A DNA stretch of 64,000 nt from contig OZ242326.1 in assembly GCA_965208325.1 (NCBI GenBank), forward strand, positions 3,744,001 through 3,808,000, written 5' to 3'. Origin of the DNA: Candidatus Poribacteria bacterium. Lineage in GTDB: Bacteria > Poribacteria > WGA-4E > PCPOR2b. Below are positions 46,788 to 57,107 of the stretch, piece after piece (the first letter of the stretch is position 1; each line of letters opens with the position of its first letter). Under the pieces are notes generated by a model that searched no databases, was not told where the DNA came from, and saw nothing but the letters and a program-made list of their open reading frames with translations. The position numbers were made by a program, and so were the translations under genes.

Positions 46788-47744
46788 TTGAAGGACAAGA
46801 GGCATGGCATGCATCAACCTCTAGCTGTTGAAGAGAACACAAACGACCACCGCCATCAACACCATCTTCAGCGTAAATTCCGATTCGCGCTTCTGTTCAC
46901 GGGTGTTGTGTTTCTCGTGGAGGTGGTGGGCGGGATTCTGTCGAACAGCCTAGCGTTATTGAGCGATGCGGCGCATGTGTTTTCAGATGTGCTCGCATTG
47001 TCAATAAGCTGGCTGGCAATCTATCTGTCAACACGTCCCGCAACGCACTCTCGGACTTATGGGTTCCACCGAACGGAAGTCTTCGCTGCATTCATCAATG
47101 GGGTTTCACTGTTTGTAATTTCAGGATGGATCATTTATGAAGCCGTACAGCGATTTAAACAACCGGAGCCTGTCGAGAGTCTGGCTATGCTTGTGGTTGC
47201 ATGTATTGGCTTTACCGCCAATGTGCTCATCGTGTGGCTCTTTCACGGGGAAGGGCGTAGAAACCTTAATGTACGGAGTGCTATGCTTCATGTCATCGGA
47301 GACACACTCTCCTCTTTCGCAGTAATCGCTGGCGGGGCGCTCATGTACTGGACGAACTGGTACGTGGTCGATCCGATTTTGAGTTGTATCATAGCTCTGG
47401 TTATTCTTATTGGAGCTTGGCGGGTCGCAAAAGAATCCACTCACATTCTCTTGGAGGCTTCGCCGAAACACGCGGACGCCCAAACCGTAGCCAAGCATAT
47501 CTGCAGTATCTATCCCATAAAAGATATACACGATATGCACATCTGGTCTTTGTGTTCCAACTATTATGCACTCAGTGCACATGTCGTTTTGGAGGACCAC
47601 ACCGAAGAATCCGCAAATGAGTTCCGACAGCAAATTACTCGTGAACTCCAAACACAATTTGGTATCTTCCATACGACGATTCAGATTGAGCGCATCGCTT
47701 GCGCCCAGCAAGGGAACCTCCTATGTAATTTGTCCCATCACTGA
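46788..47744 (+). CDS. Cation diffusion facilitator (CzcD/ZitB-like)
   Basis: SLALLSDAAH..SD, TYGF.R.E, NVRSAMLHVIGD, HDMHIW, HTTIQIE. Confidence 0.95.
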   Translation: MKDKRHGMHQPLAVEENTNDHRHQHHLQRKFRFALLFTGVVFLVEVVGGILSNSLALLSDAAHVFSDVLALSISWLAIYLSTRPATHSRTYGFHRTEVFAAFINGVSLFVISGWIIYEAVQRFKQPEPVESLAMLVVACIGFTANVLIVWLFHGEGRRNLNVRSAMLHVIGDTLSSFAVIAGGALMYWTNWYVVDPILSCIIALVILIGAWRVAKESTHILLEASPKHADAQTVAKHICSIYPIKDIHDMHIWSLCSNYYALSAHVVLEDHTEESANEFRQQITRELQTQFGIFHTTIQIERIACAQQGNLLCNLSHH

Positions 47745-47855
47745 TGGAAAATGGGAGAGAAGGATTTCCAGCCTGCCCTAGTCCGGCATCGCGCAAATGA
47801 CATATCTTCCCAACAATGCACCTGAATTTGAAAGTTTCAGTGCCAAGGAGAATCA

Positions 47856-49454
47856 ATGCCGCCAAAGAAATCCAAAATCACCGGCTATGCGACCCGCGAA
47901 GCTACCTTGACGTTCGCCAACCGGATGCGAACACGATATCCATCTTTCGAGCAAAGTGCGTACCGTTCCCTCGCTGGTACCAATCTAATGACGTCTAAGG
48001 TCGGCTACGGTTGCTACCGCGTTCACAATCAATCTGAAGAACATTTCACGACGCTAACGAATGCGATTGAAGCAGGTTGTAACCTGATTGATACGTCGAG
48101 TAACTACACTGACGGCGGCAGCGAAACATTGATTGGAAATGTCCTCCGCAACCTTATCGCGGCTGAAAAAATTCGGCGTGAGGAAATCATTGTTGTCTCC
48201 AAGGTCGGTTATATGCAGGGGAAGAATTTGGATGATGCGATGCGGCGGGAACGCGCGGGACAGCCTTACCCAGAGGTCGTCAAGTATATGGATGGCTGCT
48301 GGCACTGTATCCACCCTGATTTCTTGATTGATCAGTGGAACCATAGTGCCAACCGGTTAGGGCTTGAGTCAATTGATGTTTATCTCCTGCATAACCCGGA
48401 GTATTTTCTATCTGACGCCCAAAAACACACCAGGAGTTCTGCTGACTTCAACGATAGCCAAGAGGCGTATTACAATCGCGTTTATCGTGCTTTCGTACAA
48501 ATGGAGCAGCTCGCGCTCGACGGTAAAATTCGCTGCTACGGCATTTCGTCGAACACGTTTCCAGCGCCGAGAACTGATTTTGAGCATACCTCGATAGACC
48601 GTGTCTATGAGGCTGCTTGCAACGCGGGCGCGGCCGTGCATGGGAATAGCCGCGCAAATCACTTCAAGGTGATTCAACTCCCGTATAACCTTTTTGAACA
48701 CGGAGCGTTGACGACGGTAAACAGTGAGATTGACGGAAAAGACGTCTCCGTGCTTGAACGTGCACAGTCTCTTGAAATTGGCGTCCTCGTGAATCGCCCG
48801 CTCAACGCCATTGTGAATAATCACATGACCCGTTTGGCGCAACCTCCTTACGATCCAAACCTGGATTATCCCGCAGAGATTTCCAACGCAGAACGCCAGT
48901 TCAGTCAAATTGAAACAAAGTTTGAAGGTGTGTTAAAAAGTTGGGGAATTTTTGATTCCGTGCGTAATCAGGTAAAATTCAACCTCTTTTATGACGTTTC
49001 GCAGCAGCTTCCCCAACTTCTCCCGCATGTCCAAAGTCGAGACCATTGGGAACAAATCTTATACAGAAGTCTCATCCCCGAGATTAATGGATACTTAAAA
49101 AAGACCGCCGAGGTTTGTTCACACGAAGTGCACGCCCAATGGAAGGTATTGCTGCAACAGTACGTAGAGGCGCTCAACGCGCTGTTCGCCATTCTGACGG
49201 ACATCTTTAATCGCAGGGAGGCTGAAAAAGTTGAACCCATTCAGCACGCGGTGGATAGACGTCTCTCAGATGAGGAGAAAATGTTCACACTTTCTCAAAA
49301 GGCGCTGAATTTTGTGACTTCATCCCCGGGCGTCTCTGTTGTGTTAAACGGCATGAAACGAAAAGAGTATGTTCAGGACGCAATGGGTATTATGAGCGCA
49401 CCTGATTTTAAGCAGCCGCCCGCATTGATTGAAAGTGTGGCGCGTGCGGTGTAA
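47856..49454 (+). CDS. Aldo/keto reductase family protein with helical insertion
   Basis: G.G.YR, NLIDTSSNY.DG.SE, VSKVGY, IDVYLLHNPE, YGISSN, IQLPYN. Confidence 0.88.
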   Translation: MPPKKSKITGYATREATLTFANRMRTRYPSFEQSAYRSLAGTNLMTSKVGYGCYRVHNQSEEHFTTLTNAIEAGCNLIDTSSNYTDGGSETLIGNVLRNLIAAEKIRREEIIVVSKVGYMQGKNLDDAMRRERAGQPYPEVVKYMDGCWHCIHPDFLIDQWNHSANRLGLESIDVYLLHNPEYFLSDAQKHTRSSADFNDSQEAYYNRVYRAFVQMEQLALDGKIRCYGISSNTFPAPRTDFEHTSIDRVYEAACNAGAAVHGNSRANHFKVIQLPYNLFEHGALTTVNSEIDGKDVSVLERAQSLEIGVLVNRPLNAIVNNHMTRLAQPPYDPNLDYPAEISNAERQFSQIETKFEGVLKSWGIFDSVRNQVKFNLFYDVSQQLPQLLPHVQSRDHWEQILYRSLIPEINGYLKKTAEVCSHEVHAQWKVLLQQYVEALNALFAILTDIFNRREAEKVEPIQHAVDRRLSDEEKMFTLSQKALNFVTSSPGVSVVLNGMKRKEYVQDAMGIMSAPDFKQPPALIESVARAV

Positions 49455-49506
49455 AATTCCTGCCCAATCGTTAGAATCGTCACACCGGCGAGATTCACAG
49501 GAAGCC

Positions 49507-50316
49507 TCACGAATCCCTTTTTGCGATGAGTCGGTTCAATATCCAGAACAACATGGCGGACAGTATGGCGTAAAATCCTGTCATCCAGACCCAAATCGGT
49601 GCGATTCCCGTTGAAGTGTGCGTTTCAGATTTGACGACAGCAATTAGGACGCACAGGGGACTTAACAACCTCAGCACCTCCTCAAAGCGCGGAGCGGTAA
49701 TTGGCATCTGCGATACAATCAACGGCACAAAAATAATCGATAACACCACGGCGTAACTTCGCGAAATTGCGGTAATGTGGGTGCCGAACAGGGTCAAGAT
49801 AAAGCCGATTAAGTAGAACAACGTAATCGCAGCGGTAAACACTAGGGCGCATTGCAGGAGTTGCCGAAGCCCCAATCCGCCTGTGTAAACCGAAAGCCAA
49901 AATAGCGGGACGGTGAGCCAGATTATCCACAGCGTTCCGAGGATTGCCCCAATTAACTTCCCCAGCAGAATCCGCCATGTGCGCAGCGGCGTGGTTTTGA
50001 GCAGATCCCAGTTGGTGGATAACCGTTCGGATTGAAACGTCTCTATGGCTAGATGCGGAACAGCAAGAGCAATGATGGTGAGGAAGAGGACAAGTACAGA
50101 TGTTGCATATACACCTTCACCCATGCGAGTCTGGGGCTGTGTTTGGCTTGCCGCGAATAGCTCAAATGCCGCTGCAAATAACGAAAGCGCAAGCACGCAT
50201 AAGATGACGAACTGAATGCGGCGAAATTTAGGCTGATGAAAATAAAAACGCAACTCCTTAAGAATGAGTGCAATCATTGTATGCGTTCTCTCGGTAACAC
50301 TTGATATCTTGAGCAT
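49507..50316 (-). CDS. ABC-2-type permease-like membrane protein
   Basis: LILKELR, ER....WDLL.TTPL...ILLGKL, about six TM helices. Start at 50316 or 50277. Confidence 0.75.
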   Translation of the reverse strand: MLKISSVTERTHTMIALILKELRFYFHQPKFRRIQFVILCVLALSLFAAAFELFAASQTQPQTRMGEGVYATSVLVLFLTIIALAVPHLAIETFQSERLSTNWDLLKTTPLRTWRILLGKLIGAILGTLWIIWLTVPLFWLSVYTGGLGLRQLLQCALVFTAAITLFYLIGFILTLFGTHITAISRSYAVVLSIIFVPLIVSQMPITAPRFEEVLRLLSPLCVLIAVVKSETHTSTGIAPIWVWMTGFYAILSAMLFWILNRLIAKRDS

Positions 50317-50591
50317 TATACCATATCCCCCTTCAAACACCGCATAAACTTTTTCTGATTGCCGGTCGTCAAGAAGAACAGTTTTCGAGAAAACTTGAAG
50401 CGTGGATTGCGGCTGTACCCAAGCAAGATTCATCGCCGTTTTGCATTGCTAAACTTAGATTTGCCCTGTAGGATTAGCATCAAAAATGCTTGTACACGGT
50501 AGCGGAAATATGATAATCTATCGCTGTTATCATTTATTACAGATACGTCCTACAACAACTAATGTGGATTTTTATCGATAGGAGAGCAAAA

Positions 50592-51560
50592 ATGCTGAAG
50601 AACTTCTTAAAGACTTCGTTGATTACCACAATAATCGTATTGTTAATCGTTGTTTCATTGATTGACAACCTTCATGCCGAATACAACGGGGAATGTTGGG
50701 TGGTCAGTAATGGTGATACCGTTCGCAAACTCTATCCGGATGGAAAAGCAGACCAAAGAGAAATTCCCAATCTTACTCAGGCGCAAACTGCAGAGGTCAA
50801 TCCCAGAGATGGTACAGTGTGGATTGCCGTATCGGCTGCAAATACGGTCTACAAGTTTAACCCTTCCAGCGGCGAGTTCATTGCAATACCGAACATCAAA
50901 CGGCCGCACTCAGTATCAATTAACCCAGTTGATGGCACGGTATGGATTGGTGGGCTTGACGTGGTCGTCAAGGTGTCGTCGGCTGGTCTGGTCCTCGCCA
51001 CCATCTCCGGCGTGTACGAACCAGAAGTTGCGGTCAATCTAACCGATGGGAGTTGCTGGGTAACCGACTCCAGAGGGAAAATCGCTCGTTATGATTCCAG
51101 CGGGGCGCTTGTGGTAACCTCTCCGGCGAAGCTAACCGAACCAAAATACGTTACTGTTAATTCGAAAACGGGCGATGCATGGGTGGCGGATATGCAGGCG
51201 AATATTCTTGTTAAACTAGACGCTAATGGTCACGAACTTGTGCGTCTCACCGATATCCCTTTGCCGACTTCACCGCAGGTTAATTCTCAAGATGGCAGCC
51301 TTTGGGTTGTCGCCGATTCCTCCTCGTTGATTAAGCTCTCCGCCAACGGTCAGAGGATTAAGGAAATCCAAAACGTTGGGCTGGCAATCCTGGCAATTAG
51401 TCTTGATCCGAAAGACGGCAGTCTTTGGATTGCGGATCAGCTTGGATCGACCTTTCAAGGCGAGGTCAGCAAATTCTCGGCGGACGGGCGTAAGTTGTTT
51501 GGAACCAGCGAAATTCAAATGCCATCCTACGTTTCCGTGGGTTATTGGCCAGGCGAATAA
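50592..51560 (+). CDS. Secreted NHL/beta-propeller repeat protein
   Basis: Signal peptide; repeated P..V.VN..DG..W(I/V) units. Confidence 0.85.
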   Translation: MLKNFLKTSLITTIIVLLIVVSLIDNLHAEYNGECWVVSNGDTVRKLYPDGKADQREIPNLTQAQTAEVNPRDGTVWIAVSAANTVYKFNPSSGEFIAIPNIKRPHSVSINPVDGTVWIGGLDVVVKVSSAGLVLATISGVYEPEVAVNLTDGSCWVTDSRGKIARYDSSGALVVTSPAKLTEPKYVTVNSKTGDAWVADMQANILVKLDANGHELVRLTDIPLPTSPQVNSQDGSLWVVADSSSLIKLSANGQRIKEIQNVGLAILAISLDPKDGSLWIADQLGSTFQGEVSKFSADGRKLFGTSEIQMPSYVSVGYWPGE

Positions 51561-51767
51561 GACACGTGTCCATATTTCAGCAATTGAACCAGTGAATTGG
51601 GTTCGTGACCCGCCATGTTTGCACTGCTTTAAGATTAATCCTCCCGGAATACTATTTGAGTTGCACACCAAGTATGTAGATAACAAGTCCAAACCTGTAC
51701 AGAAAGCCTGCATGGATTTTCTACCTCAATTCTCTCGTGCAGCTTTTACACCATTTTTCGGTTAGAT

Positions 51768-54287
51768 TTGAGGACTATTGTGTGTAAAGTATTTTCCTTT
51801 TTTCTCCTATTTGCGCTCTTTCTCTTCGCTGTTGGTACCCTAGCACTAGCAGCAGCGATGCCGGATTTTTCGGTAGATGCGGCGAGTATCACATTTTCCA
51901 ATCCGTCGCCGCTCGAAGGCGAGGAAATAACAATCCGTGTCACGGTGAAGAACATCGGAGAGGCAGCGTCAACGCGCAATGAAGACCTTGTTGTAAATCT
52001 TTACGAAGGCAATCCTAACGTGGATAATCCGGCGAAAAAGCCCCTTCGTATTCTTTGCAGAGATGCAATCTTTGGGCTAGCTCCCGGCAAATCTGACAGC
52101 GTAAAGACACAATGGCGGCCTCCGCCTGGTACGGTTGAGGTTTATGCTGTCGTTAACCCACCCGGCGATGACAAAGAGATTAAAGAGGTAAACCGGGAAA
52201 ACAACACAGCCCACACATCTATTACAGCAACGCCGCGTACATACCCTAGAGCAACACCGGCACAGATTCAAACCGCAATTCAGAAAGGTGTGAAATGGGT
52301 CAAAGCCCAACAAGGAAAGCACAGCCGAACTTGTGTGCAATGTGGAACTGAGAATCAGCTTATCTCTATCTGTATCATCTGCGGTGCAAACCTGAAAGGG
52401 CTGCCAGAAAATCTTCTGCATGGTCCTGCATGGGATTTTGGAGAAGACAGTCGGCAAGAAACCGCGATTGCTTTACTGACGTTGCTTTCGGCGGGTGTCA
52501 CCGTCTCAGATCCTGTTGTACAAGAAGGGTTGGAATTTTTAACGCATCAGGATATGAACAGTTTGCAAGTTTATCAACTCGCAATCATACTGCCGGCGCT
52601 TGTCGCTGCGAATGATTCGACATACCGTCAGCGCGCCCAGGTTGCGGTAAATCAGCTTGTCAGAAACCAATTGCCGGTTAAAGGTGATGAATTCCGGGAC
52701 CCAAGAGACGATGGCGGTTGGGGGTATGGGACAACTGCGGATGGAGCACATATGCACATGGTGATTTATGCACTCTACGCTGCGAAACAGTGGGGGCTTG
52801 ACATTCCGCGGGATACATGGGAGCGCGCCGAAAAGTGGATTCGACGTAATCAGATGGAAAGCGGCGGCTGGGTCTACAATCTTGTTGATGGTGGATCGCC
52901 TTGGGCGGAGGGAGTCTACGGCAGTATGACTGGAACCGGTCTGTGGGCGCTTCGGGCTTGCGGCGTCCCAGCGGAAGACCCGCAAATCCGGAAAGGGCAG
53001 GCGTGGGTTAAGGAGAATTGGTCGCTCACTCGCAATCCTGGATCGATTTCATGGCACTATTACTATCTTGTTTCGCTGCAGCGATTCTGCGACATCCCTC
53101 CCAAGTTGGAGACGCTTGCCGGGCATGATTGGTACCAGGAAATATCGAACATGCTCGTCGCCGTGCAGCAACCTGATGGACGCTGGATTGATCACGAAGA
53201 CTATTTCCCAACGACCTGTTTCGCATTGATGTTTTTGGCTCGCGCCCTACCGCGCCCCACCTCGCCTAACTTCGGCGCTGTTCATAGGAGCCTTCGCTTT
53301 TCTCCGCCTGCTCCGCGTGTCGGTGAGCCGGTCCGAATTAGCGTAACCCTGACAAATACGGGTATTCAACCCGATGAGTCTATCGTGAAGGTAGATTTCT
53401 ACGATGGAAATCCGGAACGGGATGGCAAAAAAATCGCCGATCAGGAGGTCATCTTTCATCGGGATCTTTACGAGACCACCACCACGGTTAACTGGGTGCC
53501 TACCGAGAAGGGAAGCCGTGAAATCTATGTTCTTGTTGATCCGGATAAACGGATTGACGATTTAGATCTCGAGAATAATACCGTGTCACAGGGGTTGGAT
53601 ATTCGCCCCCAGTCCGCTGCTGCCATTGATATGACGCCAGTCCCTCACGAGATTAGCGATGGCGTCCACCGTATGGGAGATGTGACAGTTGATTTCAACA
53701 AACGCGAAGTCACAGTACCGGGCGAAATAAATATAATTAGCGGAGATACCATCCTCGAATTTTTCGCCGTTGGCAAATTTGGCAAGACACATGAAAGTCT
53801 CATTATGGTCCATGCCGAACCCTCCCACATTTGGCTTGCACTCATAGAACTAGACATGACTCCGGGCATGAACCTCACAATCGAAGGCGATCCCCGCCAA
53901 CCTCAGGGCGATTCAGCCGAGGTTTGGGTCGAATGGGAGCGAGGAACCGAAGTTGTGCGCCATCGCGCTGATGAATTGGTGTGGAATGCCATGAAAGAAC
54001 ATCCGATGCAACAGACCCATTGGGTATTCACCGGTGCACGTATCGAAAATAATCAATTCACCGCGCAGAAATACCACAATATTATTGCGGTGTACCGCGA
54101 CCCGGATTCAATCTTTAATCACCCCTTGCCGGGTGGCAAGGACGATCGTACATACCGCGTCAATACGGATGCCGTGCCGTCAAAAGGTACCCCTGTGAAG
54201 GTCATCATTCGCCCAATTTCTGGCGAGGATAGTGAAAAAAAGTCAATGAATCGGCTTAAAGGTAGCTTAATTGAGGCATGGTCATGA
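51768..54287 (+). CDS. Secreted multidomain protein: CARDB, prenyltransferase/squalene-cyclase-like barrel, CARDB, YdjY-like
   Basis: V.NIG...E....NN.A (CARDB); QW-like repeats DGGWGY, SGGWVY, QQPDG.W; C-terminal LEFFAV..GKTHES...W.FTG. Confidence 0.7.
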   Translation: MRTIVCKVFSFFLLFALFLFAVGTLALAAAMPDFSVDAASITFSNPSPLEGEEITIRVTVKNIGEAASTRNEDLVVNLYEGNPNVDNPAKKPLRILCRDAIFGLAPGKSDSVKTQWRPPPGTVEVYAVVNPPGDDKEIKEVNRENNTAHTSITATPRTYPRATPAQIQTAIQKGVKWVKAQQGKHSRTCVQCGTENQLISICIICGANLKGLPENLLHGPAWDFGEDSRQETAIALLTLLSAGVTVSDPVVQEGLEFLTHQDMNSLQVYQLAIILPALVAANDSTYRQRAQVAVNQLVRNQLPVKGDEFRDPRDDGGWGYGTTADGAHMHMVIYALYAAKQWGLDIPRDTWERAEKWIRRNQMESGGWVYNLVDGGSPWAEGVYGSMTGTGLWALRACGVPAEDPQIRKGQAWVKENWSLTRNPGSISWHYYYLVSLQRFCDIPPKLETLAGHDWYQEISNMLVAVQQPDGRWIDHEDYFPTTCFALMFLARALPRPTSPNFGAVHRSLRFSPPAPRVGEPVRISVTLTNTGIQPDESIVKVDFYDGNPERDGKKIADQEVIFHRDLYETTTTVNWVPTEKGSREIYVLVDPDKRIDDLDLENNTVSQGLDIRPQSAAAIDMTPVPHEISDGVHRMGDVTVDFNKREVTVPGEINIISGDTILEFFAVGKFGKTHESLIMVHAEPSHIWLALIELDMTPGMNLTIEGDPRQPQGDSAEVWVEWERGTEVVRHRADELVWNAMKEHPMQQTHWVFTGARIENNQFTAQKYHNIIAVYRDPDSIFNHPLPGGKDDRTYRVNTDAVPSKGTPVKVIIRPISGEDSEKKSMNRLKGSLIEAWS

Positions 54288-54326
54288 TTTTCACCGGGCA
54301 TCGGGGAAGGATAATCGTAACAACAA

Positions 54327-55703
54327 ATGAACTTTATTGAGAAACTAAGAGATGTCCAAATCCTGGTTATGGACGTTGACGGGGTGTTGACAGACGGAAA
54401 ACTCTACTATTCAGATTCGCGTGAGGAGATAAAGGCTTACAATGTTCGTGACGGACAGGGACTGAAGCTCATCAAAAGTCATGGTATTAAGCTGGCTGTC
54501 ATCTCAGGACGTACAGGCGAGGCTGTTTGGAGGCGTGTGGAGGAACTGCATGTGGACGAGATTCGTCTGGGTGTGAGCGACAAACTTCCCGTTCTGCAGG
54601 ACATTTTGCGGCGGCATAACATATCGTCGGACCAGGCGCTTTACATCGGAGACGATCTCGGCGATATTGGCGTTTTGAACTTCGTTGGGTTGCCCGTTGC
54701 GGTCGCTGACGCCCACGATACCGCGAAGCGCAGCGCCGATTACATAACGCGCAACATTGGTGGAGGCGGCGCCGTAAGAGAGATCTGCGACATGATAATT
54801 TCTCAGAAAGAAGAACGTCCACAGAGTCCAGATGCTGTCGTGAAGCCAATGGACAACCGCCAAGACCGTTATCCCAAGACAAATGTCGTTGCGATAAACG
54901 GTGTTCAGATTGGCGGAGGGCGCCCAATTGCGCTTATCGCGGGACCCTGCGTCATTGAAAGTCGGGATCACACGTTCAAGATGGCTGAAGCAATTAAAGG
55001 CATTTCGGGAAAATTGGGAGTCCCGTTTGTCTTCAAATCCTCGTATGACAAGGCGAACCGGTCCGCCATAAGCTCCTATCGAGGTCCCGGGCTTGTGAAT
55101 GGGCTTTCCATCTTAGCGGAGGTCCAAAAAGAGGTTGGCGTGCCGGTGCTTTCAGATGTACACCGCGTCAATCAGGTTAATCCTGCTTCCTCTGTGCTTG
55201 ACGCGATACAGGTCCCCGCATTCCTTTGCAGACAGACAGATCTGCTCGTTTCGGCTGGAAGCACCGGGAAACCAATCAACGTAAAGAAGGCGCAGTTCAT
55301 GTCGCCGCAGGACATGAGCAATGTTGTTGACAAGATCAAATCCACGGGAAACCAAAATATCCTGCTCACCGAAAGAGGCAGTTGTTTCGGTTACAACAAT
55401 TTGGTCGTTGATATGAGTTCGATTCCTATCATGCAGTCCTCCGGATGTCCGGTTGTGTTCGACGCGACGCACAGCACTCAGTTGCCGGGCGGCTTGGGGA
55501 GAAGCTCCGGTGGACGAAGAGAGTTCGCGGCACATTTAGCGCGCGCAGCTACTGCAGTCGGGATAGACGCACTGTTTATGGAGGTGCACGACCGTCCGGA
55601 TGAAGCGCTTTGCGACGGGGAAAACATGATAAATCTGGAAATGTTGGAATCCATCCTGGCAGCCGTTGTGCAGATAGACAAGGTTGCGAAACATATCCAA
55701 TGA
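54327..55703 (+). CDS. kdsA: Fused KDO-8-phosphate phosphatase (KdsC) and KDO-8-phosphate synthase (KdsA)
   Basis: N-terminal DVDGVLTDG...GDD..D...GGGAVRE; C-terminal AGPCVIES, KSSYDKANRS, QVPAFLCRQTDL, ERG..FGY, DATHS.Q.PG. Confidence 0.95.
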   Translation: MNFIEKLRDVQILVMDVDGVLTDGKLYYSDSREEIKAYNVRDGQGLKLIKSHGIKLAVISGRTGEAVWRRVEELHVDEIRLGVSDKLPVLQDILRRHNISSDQALYIGDDLGDIGVLNFVGLPVAVADAHDTAKRSADYITRNIGGGGAVREICDMIISQKEERPQSPDAVVKPMDNRQDRYPKTNVVAINGVQIGGGRPIALIAGPCVIESRDHTFKMAEAIKGISGKLGVPFVFKSSYDKANRSAISSYRGPGLVNGLSILAEVQKEVGVPVLSDVHRVNQVNPASSVLDAIQVPAFLCRQTDLLVSAGSTGKPINVKKAQFMSPQDMSNVVDKIKSTGNQNILLTERGSCFGYNNLVVDMSSIPIMQSSGCPVVFDATHSTQLPGGLGRSSGGRREFAAHLARAATAVGIDALFMEVHDRPDEALCDGENMINLEMLESILAAVVQIDKVAKHIQ

Positions 55704-55910
55704 CCGCCGGTGTTCCGTTCAGCGTTGCCTGTCGAAGCTGAGCAGCTTAGTCGGACAGGTCCTGCCATCTTCTTCAATTCAGACGTAGTTGACAATGGAA
55801 TGCAAAGTGTGCGTCGATGCAGCGGTGGAACAGAGATGTATCTACCTCATGCATACATATATATGGTTTCATTCTTGTGATAGAGGAGAATCCGCACCCG
55901 TATAAATGTT

Positions 55911-56987
55911 ATGGAACGGCGATTAAATCCTAAAGCCCATGAAATCGCCATACTCGCTGAAGGTTCGTTCGGCATTCTGGAATCAAAAGCAGCCGCCGTT
56001 TTGGTGCGATACCTGACGGACAACGTCGTCGCCGTAATTGATAGCACGAAAGCGGGAAAAGATGCCGGTGAAATCATTGGCGTTGGCACTGGCATCCCAA
56101 TCGTTGGAAGCCTTGCCGAGGCAATGAAACTGAATCCGACAATGTTGGCAGTCGGAATCGCCCCGCCCGGCGGCGAGTTGCTTCCGAAATGGAAATCCAT
56201 GCTGCGTGAAGCAATCGAATCTGGACTGCACATTATGAGCGGGCTTCATTGGTTTCTGAGCAACGACCCGGAACTGGCAGAACTGGCAGCCCGCCGAGAC
56301 GTTATTCTATGGGATGTGCGCAAACCTCCGGCAAATCTCCCGATTGCAACCTGCAAAGCAGCCGATGTCGATGCAACCGTTGTTTTAACCGTCGGATCAG
56401 ATTGCCGCGTTGGAAAAATGGTTGTCGGAATCGAGCTTGCGAATGCGGCAAGAAGACGCGGTTTGAATGCTGCATTCTGTCCAACCGGACAAAATGGAAT
56501 GATGGTCTCTGGATGGGGAATCGCTGTTGACGCCGTGGTGTCCGACTTTTCCGCTGGAGCGGCGGAGCAGATAGTCATTGAAGGCGCCCAAAATCACGAC
56601 CTCCTCATTGTCGAGGGGCAGGGATCGCTAGTTCATCCGGGCTACTCCGGTGTCACGTTGAGCCTGCTGCACGGTTCGATGCCTGACGCGATGATATTTT
56701 GCCATCAACCCTCCCGAAAAGGGATCGCACGTTACACTGTCCCGTTGCCGTCATTAGGAGAGATGATCGCACAGTACGAGATTCTTGCCAATCCCGTTAA
56801 ACCCGCCAATGTCATCGGAATCGCTCTCAACTGTTTTGACCTCGCCGAAAATCAAGCCCGTGAAGCCATCGAATTAGCGGAGCGGGAAGCAGGCTTGCCC
56901 GCCACAGATGTCATCCGCTTCGGACCGCACAAATTGGTTGATGCGATTGTCAGTATGCAAAATCAACGCGCAAAATCCTCTGTGTGA
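55911..56987 (+). CDS. DUF1611 family P-loop protein
   Basis: GIAP.GG.L, SGLH, VG.DC.VGKM, TGQ.G, DF.AGA.E, VEGQGSL.HP.YS.VT..LLHG. Confidence 0.9.
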   Translation: MERRLNPKAHEIAILAEGSFGILESKAAAVLVRYLTDNVVAVIDSTKAGKDAGEIIGVGTGIPIVGSLAEAMKLNPTMLAVGIAPPGGELLPKWKSMLREAIESGLHIMSGLHWFLSNDPELAELAARRDVILWDVRKPPANLPIATCKAADVDATVVLTVGSDCRVGKMVVGIELANAARRRGLNAAFCPTGQNGMMVSGWGIAVDAVVSDFSAGAAEQIVIEGAQNHDLLIVEGQGSLVHPGYSGVTLSLLHGSMPDAMIFCHQPSRKGIARYTVPLPSLGEMIAQYEILANPVKPANVIGIALNCFDLAENQAREAIELAEREAGLPATDVIRFGPHKLVDAIVSMQNQRAKSSV

Positions 56988-57107
56988 CTTTGAAGGCAAT
57001 CTGTGCGCTTTAAACTGGACAAGAGTATAGTCGTCAGAGTGTCAGTCGTGACAATCTCAATATCATTGGAAAAGCGCCGAAGTAATGCAGTTGATGTGCT
57101 CTATGTG

